This document shows, piece by piece, positions 27,422 through 36,512 of a DNA stretch of 37,151 nt (position 1 is the first letter of the stretch; every line of letters starts with the position of its first letter). The notes beneath the pieces are model-generated. The model saw only the letters and a list, made by a program, of their open reading frames with translations, was not told the DNA's origin and did no database searches. The stretch lies in the sequence record DRR378314_1428; one strand, written 5' to 3'. A program made the position numbers and the translations under genes.

Positions 27422-27528
27422 GTCAGTTCGAGTGATTTTTCTTTTGAAAAATTGTAACGAGAACTAGCATTTCAAGCCAAAAACTGATTCTCGATACAAA
27501 ATTCTTCTGGAATTTCACTCGAATTGAC
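27422..27528 (+). repeat. ~105-bp palindromic repeat element, copy 2
   Basis: GTCAGTTCGAGTG...AACGAGAACT...ATTCTCGATACAAAATTCTTCTGGAATTTCACTCGAATTGAC. Confidence 0.85.
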
Positions 27529-27602
27529 AGCTTTTGGAACATATGTCACACCTCACTTAAAAACTACAACAGATTAACCAATAGAAAAGTTTAAAACGAA
27601 GA

Positions 27603-28454
27603 ATGAAAAAAACTCTCCTACTTTTAGCCTTCACCCTTTGCCTATCGACCGTATCGGCCCAAAAAGAACCCTACGTCATCTATAACGCCAAAGGCAAAAA
27701 GGTTTCGTACAAAAAAATGCTGAAGACTTTGGAGAAAAAGGATATGGTCTTGTTCGGGGAATTGCACAACAACCCTATTGCCCATTGGTTGCAATACGAG
27801 CTTACAGCTGACCTTCATTCCAAAAGACAGCTCATTCTTGGTGCAGAAATGATCGAATCCGATAATCAAGATGAGCTCAACGATTATTTATCGGGAAAAA
27901 TAGATTATAAAGCTTTGGATTCCACTGCACGGCTGTGGAACAACCATAAAACTGATTATGCTCCTTTGGTTGACTTTGCGAAGGACAGTAGTTTGGTTTT
28001 TGTGGCCTCCAACGTGCCCCGGCGCTACGCCAGTATGGTGTACAAGGACGGTTCTGAAGCGTTGGACTCGCTTACTGCCCAAGAAAAAGAATGGATTGCG
28101 CCTTTGCCCATTGCTTATGACCCCGAACTTCCGGGGTATCAAAATATCCTAAAAATGATGGGGGACCACGGTAGCCCTACCCTAGTTATGGCTCAAGCCA
28201 TTAAAGATGCGACGATGGCCCACTTCATCCTTCAAAATTACAAGGAAGGATCCTTGTTCTTGCATTACAACGGGGCCTACCACTCCAACAATTATGAGGG
28301 TATTCTGTGGTACCTGCAATTGGAACGACCTGATTTGGAATACGGGACCATTTCCACCGTAACGCAGGAAAATGTGCACAAACTGGAGGAAGAGAACAAG
28401 AATTTGGCCAACTTTATTATCTGTGTAGATACCAACATGACTACTACATATTAA
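27603..28454 (+). CDS. ChaN family (haem-uptake/EreA-like) secreted protein
   Basis: Signal peptide ...VSAQ; LFGELHNNPIAHWLQ, LGAEM, ASNVPRR, AQAIKDATMA and HYNGAYHS. Confidence 0.85.
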   Translation: MKKTLLLLAFTLCLSTVSAQKEPYVIYNAKGKKVSYKKMLKTLEKKDMVLFGELHNNPIAHWLQYELTADLHSKRQLILGAEMIESDNQDELNDYLSGKIDYKALDSTARLWNNHKTDYAPLVDFAKDSSLVFVASNVPRRYASMVYKDGSEALDSLTAQEKEWIAPLPIAYDPELPGYQNILKMMGDHGSPTLVMAQAIKDATMAHFILQNYKEGSLFLHYNGAYHSNNYEGILWYLQLERPDLEYGTISTVTQENVHKLEEENKNLANFIICVDTNMTTTY

Positions 28455-28582
28455 ATTTTCAGTTCTAGATTAGCTGTAAACCAGTTAAAAAGGGTATAAA
28501 TTCCGTATTTTTAAGTGTTCCTATCAAAATGCGCAACTAACGTATGTACATTCCGGTCGGAATTTAATTGTAATGCACCCAA

Positions 28583-29509
28583 ATGGAGGTATTTGAAAAT
28601 TTACAAGATTGGTTCTCTGATCAAGCGCTCACATCAAGTATCCTTAAGTATTTGGCTTGGGTTGTCTTTATATTCATCTTAATCGCTTGGACACGAAAGT
28701 GGATGAAGAAAAATCTTCATGACAACTCCATTAAATACAAAGCACAAAAAGCAATTCAAGTTGTCGGATATCTATTGGTCATTTTAATTACCATTTCCTA
28801 TTTTACCGGTAGTATTAAAGATTTTGGTCTAGCTATGGGGCTTCTCACCGCAGGAATCACCATAACGTTACAAGAATTGATATTGAGCATAGCAGGTTCT
28901 TTTTATATTTTTTTTGTTAGGGTCTACAAGCCGGGAGACCGCATAGAATTGAACGGCATTAAAGGGGATGTGATAGATATTGACAGTATGTACACCACTA
29001 TGATGGAAATTGGTAAGTGGGTGTCCAGCGACAATTACAGCGGACGCATTGTTAAATTGAGCAATGCTTTTGTTTTTAAAGGGCCGGTTTATAATTATTC
29101 TTTGGATTTTCCATTTGTTTGGGATGAATTTGATCTACCTATAAGATATGGTTCGGATATCGAATTGGCAAAGAAAATAGTTATCTCAGTTGCCCAAGAA
29201 AATTTATCCGAATATGTCCAAAGCTCCATTGCACAATGGAAAGATGTGGTAAACAAATACTATATCGAAGATGCCCAAGTTGACCCCACACTTGCCATTA
29301 CCATGACGGATAATTGGGTACAGTTTAATTTGAGGTATATTGTAGACTACAAGAAAAGAAGGGTCACCAAACATCTCCTAAACGAGGAAATCGGTAAAAG
29401 AATTCAAAAAACAAACGAAAAAGTAAGATTGGCTTCGTCCACATTTGAAATTGTCAACATACCGACTGTACATATCAATGAAACAAAAAAAACAGCTCAA
29501 TCGGATTAA
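28583..29509 (+). CDS. MscS family mechanosensitive channel
   Basis: Three TM segments, AGITITLQELILSIAG, YKPGDRIELNGIKGDVIDI and SGRIVKLSN...VYNYS. Confidence 0.87.
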   Translation: MEVFENLQDWFSDQALTSSILKYLAWVVFIFILIAWTRKWMKKNLHDNSIKYKAQKAIQVVGYLLVILITISYFTGSIKDFGLAMGLLTAGITITLQELILSIAGSFYIFFVRVYKPGDRIELNGIKGDVIDIDSMYTTMMEIGKWVSSDNYSGRIVKLSNAFVFKGPVYNYSLDFPFVWDEFDLPIRYGSDIELAKKIVISVAQENLSEYVQSSIAQWKDVVNKYYIEDAQVDPTLAITMTDNWVQFNLRYIVDYKKRRVTKHLLNEEIGKRIQKTNEKVRLASSTFEIVNIPTVHINETKKTAQSD

Positions 29510-29574
29510 TTAATAGTCATCAAATAAAATTTAGAACATATTTTTTTAATACTAAGCTCTTAAATACCAACCTC

Positions 29575-31605
29575 ATGAAAAAATTACTCGGCACACTATT
29601 GCTTTTTGTTGCCATAAACCCTTTAGGGTTTGGCCAAGTACAAACCAATTTGGAACTGTTGGACATCTTCAATATGGAATATGTTTCCGACCCTCAAATT
29701 TCTCCGGATGGTTCTAAAATCATCTACGTTCGGAATTTTAAGGATGTAATGACCGACCGCAATCTATCCAATCTTTGGATTGTAAATTTTGATGGTACCA
29801 ATAATCGTCCACTAACTACTGGAAACCAAAACGACTATGCCCCCAAATGGTCGCACGATGGAACAAAAATCGTTTTCAAGTCCAATATGGCCGATGATAA
29901 AATGAAGCTGTACCTCATGTGGTTGGATACCAAGGAAACCATGGCATTGACCAATACACCGCAGTCTCCCGGTTCCGTTTCGTGGTCCTATGATGACAAG
30001 CACCTGGCCTTTTCGATGTTTGTGCCCGAAGCCAATGAGTCCATCATAAAAATGCCCGGAAAGCCGGAAGGGGCCAAATGGAACGAACCACCCAAGTATA
30101 TTGACAAAATGAACTACCGTGGCGATGGTGCAGGTTACTACAAGGGTGGCAATTCACAATTATTCACCTTGCCCATCAGCGGAGGTACCCCAAAACAATT
30201 GACTTTTTCTGAATTTGACCACGGAAGTCCGATTTGGGCCAGGGACAATAGGCATCTATATTTTAGTGCCAACTTTCACAAAGATGAAGAGCAGGAACCT
30301 GCCGATAGTGAAATTTACTCCATCAATGTAAACACTGGGGAAACCACCCCGATTACCGACCGCTACGGTCCTGATGGAAACCCAGTATTGTCTCCCGATG
30401 GTTCCAAAATTGCTTATTTAGGGTACGATGACCGTTTGCAAGGGTATCAACTTACCCAATTGTATGTAATGAATTCTGATGGAACAGATTCTAAATTAAT
30501 TTCTGGTGATTTTGACCGTGATGTGGAAGATATGGCTTGGAACAGCAAGGGCAATGGATTGTTTATTAGCTACACGGACCAAGGAATGGGTAAATTGGGT
30601 TCAATCAGCCTATCGGGAAAAGTGGATGAAATTACTGATGGTTTGGGAGGTCTATCTTTGGGAAGACCTTACAATGCAGCCAGTTTTTCCGCCTCTGACA
30701 ACAACAAATTCGCATACACGATGGGCGATACCAGTCACCCTTCGGATTTGGGTGCAGCAGATACAAAAAGTTCAAAACGTTTGACTGGAGTAAACGATGA
30801 CCTGTTCTCCTTCAAAAAATTGGGCAAGGTCGAAGAAATGTGGTGGGAATCCTCCTATGACCAACGAAAAATTCAAGGCTGGGTGGTTACGCCCCCTGAT
30901 TTTGACCCATCCAAAAAATACCCAATGATTCTTGAGATACACGGGGGTCCCTTTACCAGTTACGGCGAAGTATATTCTGCCGAGATTCAAGCCTACGCTG
31001 CCGAAGGCTATGTGGTGCTCTACACCAATCCTCGCGGAAGTACCAGCTATGGTGAAGGATTTGGAAACCTGATACACCACGATTATCCCAACCACGATTA
31101 CGAGGATTTGATGTCCGGCGTAGATGCGCTTTTGAAAAAAGGCTATGTGGATGAGGACAATTTATTTGTAACAGGTGGCTCTGGTGGTGGTGTCCTTACC
31201 GCGTGGATCGTGGGAAAAACCGACCGTTTCAAGGCTGCTGTAGTGGCCAAGCCCGTTATCAACTGGACCAGTTTTGTGCTCTATGCCGATGGTGTGCAGT
31301 TCTTTTCCAAATATTGGTTCGGGAAAAAGCCTTGGGAGGATCCAGAAAATTATATGCGACGTTCCCCACTCACCTACGTGGGCAATGTAACAACGCCTAC
31401 CATGCTTTTAACAGGTGAAGAAGATTACCGTACCCCGATTGCCGAATCAGAACAGTTCTATGCGGCATTGAAATTGGAGAACGTGGAAACTGCTATGGTA
31501 CGTATTCCCGGTGCTTCACACGGAATCGCAAACAAACCCAGTAACTTGATTGCCAAAATTGCAAGCGTATTGGCTTGGTTTGACAAATACAAAGGAGACG
31601 AATAA
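29575..31605 (+). CDS. S9 family peptidase (S9C acylaminoacyl-peptidase-like) with PD40 beta-propeller
   Basis: Signal peptide, SPDG repeats, EIHGGP, NPRGSTSYG, TGGSGGG (Ser), EDYR (Asp) and ASHG (His). Confidence 0.93.
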   Translation: MKKLLGTLLLFVAINPLGFGQVQTNLELLDIFNMEYVSDPQISPDGSKIIYVRNFKDVMTDRNLSNLWIVNFDGTNNRPLTTGNQNDYAPKWSHDGTKIVFKSNMADDKMKLYLMWLDTKETMALTNTPQSPGSVSWSYDDKHLAFSMFVPEANESIIKMPGKPEGAKWNEPPKYIDKMNYRGDGAGYYKGGNSQLFTLPISGGTPKQLTFSEFDHGSPIWARDNRHLYFSANFHKDEEQEPADSEIYSINVNTGETTPITDRYGPDGNPVLSPDGSKIAYLGYDDRLQGYQLTQLYVMNSDGTDSKLISGDFDRDVEDMAWNSKGNGLFISYTDQGMGKLGSISLSGKVDEITDGLGGLSLGRPYNAASFSASDNNKFAYTMGDTSHPSDLGAADTKSSKRLTGVNDDLFSFKKLGKVEEMWWESSYDQRKIQGWVVTPPDFDPSKKYPMILEIHGGPFTSYGEVYSAEIQAYAAEGYVVLYTNPRGSTSYGEGFGNLIHHDYPNHDYEDLMSGVDALLKKGYVDEDNLFVTGGSGGGVLTAWIVGKTDRFKAAVVAKPVINWTSFVLYADGVQFFSKYWFGKKPWEDPENYMRRSPLTYVGNVTTPTMLLTGEEDYRTPIAESEQFYAALKLENVETAMVRIPGASHGIANKPSNLIAKIASVLAWFDKYKGDE

Positions 31606-31744
31606 ATCTAAAAAAGATGAAAAAGGCCAAAGACGGCTAACAAAAGGTGCTCTGGGACGCTCCCGTTACCGAGCTGCCATTGCCAAGCCAAACTCCGAAT
31701 TCGACCATGATGGAATAAAAAAATTAAACTAGACATATATCATT

Positions 31745-32272
31745 ATGAAAAAGCCAAACACCCACACCCCAAAACCCTTATTGATTTTAATATTATGTTC
31801 ATTATCTCTTGTATTTCAAAGTTGTGAGCAAAAAGAAAAAGGACCAACAAAAGATATTGAAGAAGAAAATGTGGTTGCCGAACCGAAAAAAGTTGAATAC
31901 TTTCAACTTAGACCTGATATTGAACAGGCCTACGGATATTCGCATGCCGTTAAAATTGGGAATGACATAAAGATTTCAGGAGCGGTCAGTATGAATAATG
32001 AAGGGAATCCAACTGCAATTGGCGATTTAGAACAGCAAATGAAGAATTGCTACGCCGATTTGGAAAAAGTATTAAATCACTTCGGTTGCACTTTTGACGA
32101 TGTGGTTGTGGAAAATATATTCACTACAGATATGGCATCATTTATTGAAAATGCCGCTTACCGTAGCTCAATTTACACCAAAAATTTTCCAGCTGGCTCA
32201 TGGCTTGGTGTAAAAGAGCTGGCACTTCCAGAATTTATGATTGAAATTGAACTGGAAGTACACAAACAATAA
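31745..32272 (+). CDS. Rid (YjgF/RidA superfamily) protein with N-terminal lipoprotein signal
   Basis: Lipobox FQSC; YGYSHAVK...ISG, EQQMKNC, DDVV and LALPEFMIEIE. Confidence 0.85.
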   Translation: MKKPNTHTPKPLLILILCSLSLVFQSCEQKEKGPTKDIEEENVVAEPKKVEYFQLRPDIEQAYGYSHAVKIGNDIKISGAVSMNNEGNPTAIGDLEQQMKNCYADLEKVLNHFGCTFDDVVVENIFTTDMASFIENAAYRSSIYTKNFPAGSWLGVKELALPEFMIEIELEVHKQ

Positions 32273-32439
32273 AAGCTATAAGTCTGTAGCTGAAGTAAAA
32301 TGGTTAAAACTTTAGACTCGGGACTACACTAAAATCAAAAGCCAAGACGGTATGCTGCCCATTTTTCGCAAAGCACTATAATTGTTTCAAAACCATTTAT
32401 ATTATATCTTAGTTGTAACTGAATAACAACGGCTTTTAT

Positions 32440-33027
32440 ATGATTAATCGTATTTCTATCCTTCTTTTGGCATTGTCCGTTTCAGTAGCTTCCTGCAAAG
32501 ATTCCAATAACAAAAAAGAGAGAGCTGTTGCCGGTATGGACACCCATCATACCGTTTCAATTGATGGGAATTACCGATTGGACCTTCCTAAATTTATGAC
32601 GGGGACTACGGGTCTGAACGAGGAAGCCTCCCTACAATACCAAAGTTTGCTCAAGGAAGCTTATTTACTTGTGATTGATGAACCCAAAGCCGATTTTGAA
32701 GAGGTTTATCGGGTCTTGGAACAATATGATGATGAACTCTCTGTGCTGCAAAATTACCGAGATGCCAGACTGCAAATACTTTCCAGGACTACTGAAATCA
32801 ACAACAAATCAGAACCACAATCCCTAAGAATCAATGGGCTAGATGCAGAAACAGTGGAACTGGACGCAATTGTTAATGGTATGGGTAATGAAATCTCCTA
32901 TTTTTTGACCTTTGTTGAAGGTGAGGATAACGTTTATATGATTATGGCATGGACCTTAAAGGATAAAAAGATAGAGCATAAAAAAACCTTTAAAACGATT
33001 GCCGAATCTTTTGAACTGATTGATTAG
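32440..33027 (+). CDS. Hypothetical lipoprotein (possibly PsbP/DcrB-like fold)
   Basis: Lipobox VASC; INGLDA...YFLTFVEGEDNVYMIMAWT...IAESF. Confidence 0.7.
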   Translation: MINRISILLLALSVSVASCKDSNNKKERAVAGMDTHHTVSIDGNYRLDLPKFMTGTTGLNEEASLQYQSLLKEAYLLVIDEPKADFEEVYRVLEQYDDELSVLQNYRDARLQILSRTTEINNKSEPQSLRINGLDAETVELDAIVNGMGNEISYFLTFVEGEDNVYMIMAWTLKDKKIEHKKTFKTIAESFELID

Positions 33028-33085
33028 CAGACCGTTTTAAAGGTTTTTTGTTTTTTTTACTTGCTGGGCACTATGATTTAAATTG

Positions 33086-33191
33086 GTCAGTTCGAGTGAT
33101 TATTCTTTTGAAAAATCGTATCGAGAACCAACATTTCAAGTCAAAACCTATTCTCGATATAAAATTCCATTGGAATTTGACTCGAATTGAC
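33086..33191 (+). repeat. ~105-bp palindromic repeat element, copy 3
   Basis: GTCAGTTCGAGTG...GTATCGAGAACC...ATTCTCGATATAAAATTCCATTGGAATTTGACTCGAATTGAC. Confidence 0.85.
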
Positions 33192-33238
33192 GGTTTTTAC
33201 ATTTTAATACCTAAAATGCACAACAAATCAGCCATAAT

Positions 33239-36091
33239 TTACTTACTCAAGTACATTTTTCGTCTTGCGTACAAGTTGTAGAACTCATCGTCCTTTAAAC
33301 TATCTATGAAGAGGATACTCTCCCCGGTACTCTTCATTTCAGGCCCCAAGTTTTTATTCACGTTAGGGAACTTGTTGAACGAGAACACTGGTTGCTTAAT
33401 TGCATAACCATCCAAATGTGGCTTAAAGTCAAAATCCTTGACTTTTTTATCGCCCAACATTACTTTGGTGGCATAGTTGACATAGGGTTCACCATAAGCC
33501 TTGGCAATAAAGGGAACCGTACGAGAGGCCCTTGGGTTGGCCTCGATGATGTAAACAATATCATCCTTAACCGCAAATTGAATGTTAATCAAACCTACGG
33601 TATTGAGTGCCAAAGCAATCTTTTTGGTGTGGTCCTTTATCTGCTGCAACACAAACTCTCCCAAATTAAAGGGCGGCAATGTTGCGTTGGAGTCACCTGA
33701 GTGGATTCCACAAGGCTCAATATGCTCCATGATGCCGATAATATAAACGTCCTCACCATCGCAAATGGCATCGGCCTCTGCTTCAATAGCCCCATCCAAG
33801 TAGTGATCTAGTAATAGTTTGTTGTTCGGTATTTTACGCAACAAATCCACCACGTGGGCTTCCAGTTCTTCTTTGTTGATCACAATTTTCATTCCCTGTC
33901 CACCCAACACATAAGATGGTCTCACCAACAATGGGAATTTTAAATCCTCTGCCAAATCCAGAGCTTCATCTGCGGTTTCAGCCACTCCGAATCTTGGGTA
34001 AGGAATGTCGTTATCTTTCAATAATGTGGAGAAACTTCCTCTATCCTCGGCCAAGTCCAAGGACTTAAAGCTTGTCCCAATAATATTGATGCCATATTTG
34101 TCCAGCTTTTCGGCAAGCTTCAATGCAGTTTGCCCTCCCAATTGCACAATGACACCTTCTGGTTTTTCGTGAAGAATGATATCGTAAATATGTTCCCAGA
34201 ACACGGGCTCAAAATATAATTTGTCCGCCGTATCAAAATCTGTGGAAACGGTTTCTGGGTTACAGTTGATCATAATGGTCTCATAACCACATTCCGCTGC
34301 GGCCAAAACACCGTGCACACAACAATAATCGAACTCGATTCCTTGACCAATTCGGTTAGGTCCAGAACCTAGCACCACTACTTTTTTCTTATCCGTAACC
34401 ACACTATCGTTGGCTACGTAGCGCTCACCGTCAGCGGTTTCTATTTCTTCTTCAAACGTGGAATAGTAGTATGGAGTCACTGCTTTAAACTCAGCAGCAC
34501 AGGTATCCACCAACTTATAGACGCGGTTGATGCTCAAATCCATACGCTTGCTATGCACCTCGCTTTCCCAACAATCCAACATATGGGCAATTTGTCTGTC
34601 GGCGAAACCTTTTTGCTTCGCTTCCAGCAACAATGCCTTTGGCAAGCTTTCTATGGTGTATTTTGATATTTCCATTTCCAAGAAGTGCAATTCCTCGTAT
34701 TGTTTCAGGAACCACATATCTATCTTGGTGATTTCGTGGATACGTTTTAATGGAATTCCCAGTTGAATGGCATCGTAGATTACAAATACCCTGTCCCAAC
34801 TCGGCACTCTTAATTTATCAATGATGGTTTCGTAATCCTTGTACCCCTTTCCATCGGCGCCCAAGCCATTTCGTTTGATTTCGAGGGACTGTGTGGCCTT
34901 GTGCAGGGCTTCTTGGAACGATCGTCCAATACCCATTACCTCCCCAACGGACTTCATCTGAAGGCCAAGAGTTCTGTCGGAACCTTCGAACTTGTCAAAG
35001 TTCCATCGTGGTATTTTTACGATTACATAATCCAAAGTTGGCTCAAACAAGGCTGAAGTAGATTGGGTAATTTGGTTGTCCAACTCATCCAAAGTGTAGC
35101 CAATGGCCAATTTCGCAGCGATTTTTGCAATCGGATATCCCGTTGCTTTGGATGCCAAAGCGGACGACCTAGATACTCTTGGGTTGATTTCGATTGCGAT
35201 AATATCCTCTTTCTCATCTGGGCTTACGGCAAACTGAACGTTACATCCACCGGCGAAGTCCCCTATACTGCGCATCATATGGATGGCCATATCCCGCATC
35301 CGTTGGAAGGTTCTGTCGGACAAGGTCATCGCAGGTGCCACGGTAATGGAGTCCCCTGTATGGATACCCATGGGATCCATATTCTCTATGGTACAGATGA
35401 TGACCACGTTGTCATTTTTGTCACGTAGCAGCTCCAGTTCGTATTCTTTCCAGCCCATTAAGGCCTTATCGATCATTACCTCGTGAATTGGGGACACCTC
35501 CAGGCCATAGCTCAACATATCGTCGAACTCTGCCGGATCGTGTACGATGGCCGCTCCTGCCCCACCAAGCGTAAAGGAGGCTCGAATCACCAACGGAAAC
35601 CCGAATTCCTGGGCAATTTCCTTTCCTTTTAGGAAGGATGTTGCAGAGGCCTGTGGAGGCATTCCTATACCAATTTTGAGCATCAGCTCCCTAAACTTTT
35701 CACGGTCTTCGGTAATGTTGATGGCGTCGATGTCCACCCCTATGATTTTTACTCCAAAATCTTCCCAAATACCTTTGTCATCGGCCTCGATACAAAGGTT
35801 CAATGCGGTTTGTCCGCCCATAGTTGGCAATACGGCATCAATATTTGGATGTTTTTTAAGTATTTCTACGATCGACTTCGTCGTCAATGGTTTTAGATAA
35901 ACGTGGTCCGCCATGGTGGGGTCCGTCATAATGGTGGCGGGATTGCTGTTTATCAAAATGGTTTCGATACCATCTTCCCGTAGGGAACGAAGCGCTTGGG
36001 AACCAGAATAATCGAACTCACATGCCTGACCGATAATGATCGGGCCAGAACCAATAATCAAAATGGAATTTAAATCTTTTCTTTTGGGCAT
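33239..36091 (-). CDS. carB: Carbamoyl-phosphate synthase large subunit (short form lacking the MGS-like domain)
   Basis: MPKRKD..IGSGPIIIGQACEFDYSG, two ATP-grasp halves, GSGPNRIGQGIEFDY and LGPEMKSTGE. Confidence 0.97.
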   Translation of the reverse strand: MPKRKDLNSILIIGSGPIIIGQACEFDYSGSQALRSLREDGIETILINSNPATIMTDPTMADHVYLKPLTTKSIVEILKKHPNIDAVLPTMGGQTALNLCIEADDKGIWEDFGVKIIGVDIDAINITEDREKFRELMLKIGIGMPPQASATSFLKGKEIAQEFGFPLVIRASFTLGGAGAAIVHDPAEFDDMLSYGLEVSPIHEVMIDKALMGWKEYELELLRDKNDNVVIICTIENMDPMGIHTGDSITVAPAMTLSDRTFQRMRDMAIHMMRSIGDFAGGCNVQFAVSPDEKEDIIAIEINPRVSRSSALASKATGYPIAKIAAKLAIGYTLDELDNQITQSTSALFEPTLDYVIVKIPRWNFDKFEGSDRTLGLQMKSVGEVMGIGRSFQEALHKATQSLEIKRNGLGADGKGYKDYETIIDKLRVPSWDRVFVIYDAIQLGIPLKRIHEITKIDMWFLKQYEELHFLEMEISKYTIESLPKALLLEAKQKGFADRQIAHMLDCWESEVHSKRMDLSINRVYKLVDTCAAEFKAVTPYYYSTFEEEIETADGERYVANDSVVTDKKKVVVLGSGPNRIGQGIEFDYCCVHGVLAAAECGYETIMINCNPETVSTDFDTADKLYFEPVFWEHIYDIILHEKPEGVIVQLGGQTALKLAEKLDKYGINIIGTSFKSLDLAEDRGSFSTLLKDNDIPYPRFGVAETADEALDLAEDLKFPLLVRPSYVLGGQGMKIVINKEELEAHVVDLLRKIPNNKLLLDHYLDGAIEAEADAICDGEDVYIIGIMEHIEPCGIHSGDSNATLPPFNLGEFVLQQIKDHTKKIALALNTVGLINIQFAVKDDIVYIIEANPRASRTVPFIAKAYGEPYVNYATKVMLGDKKVKDFDFKPHLDGYAIKQPVFSFNKFPNVNKNLGPEMKSTGESILFIDSLKDDEFYNLYARRKMYLSK

Positions 36092-36127
36092 TTTCTTTAG
36101 GGGTTTCTCGTTATCTGCTTATATGTC

Positions 36128-36162
36128 AAAAAAAAGGTGTTACTGGAAAAGTAACACCTTTA
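36128..36162 (-). terminator. Intrinsic terminator between rpmH and carB
   Basis: Minus strand reads AAAGGTGTTAC-TTTTCCA-GTAACACC followed by an 8-T run. Confidence 0.8.
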
Positions 36163-36184
36163 ATTTAAATAATAAATACTATCA

Positions 36185-36343
36185 TTATTTTTTATGTCTT
36201 GGCTCAGAGGAAACAGTTAATCTCTTTCTTCCCTTGGCTCTTCTTCTCGCAAGAACTTTTCTACCATTGGCAGTCGCCATGCGCTCCCTAAAACCATGCT
36301 TGTTTCTTCTCTTCCTTTTGGATGGTTGATACGTTCTTTTCAT
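36185..36343 (-). CDS. rpmH: 50S ribosomal protein L34 (absent from the ORF track because it is under 60 aa)
   Basis: Hand translation: [52 protein letters not shown]. Confidence 0.98.
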   Translation of the reverse strand: MKRTYQPSKRKRRNKHGFRERMATANGRKVLARRRAKGRKRLTVSSEPRHKK

Positions 36344-36405
36344 TTCCGAACTGTTTTATGGATTTTGATGTCGGGAAATTTGTTTTCCCTAAAAAATTCT
36401 GGGCG

Positions 36406-36413
36406 CAAATATA
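36406..36413 (-). promoter_or_regulatory. -7 promoter element for rpmH
   Basis: TATATTTG on the minus strand, with a TTG about 20 nt further upstream. Confidence 0.65.
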
Positions 36414-36468
36414 CGAAGACTTTTTACTTTGGCAAGCCCAAACTTAAAATATTTAATTAAGTTTTTAG

Positions 36469-36476
36469 TACTTTTG
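36469..36476 (+). promoter_or_regulatory. -7 promoter element for the TPR membrane protein gene
   Basis: TACTTTTG, 36 nt before the ATG at 36513. Confidence 0.6.
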
Positions 36477-36512
36477 CGAGCGCTTAACAACAGGTAAAAA
36501 TCACTAGACCGT

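Noticed and set aside
20705..33191. Repeat copies as a CRISPR array or tRNA/ncRNA genes
   Set aside because: The copies are kilobases apart, with no repeat-spacer periodicity, no cas genes and no cloverleaf.
33048..33281. 77-aa ORF
   Set aside because: It is a TTG-start read-through of repeat copy 3 and overlaps the carB end on the opposite strand.
36036..36329. 97-aa plus-strand ORF
   Set aside because: It is the antisense shadow of rpmH and the carB start.
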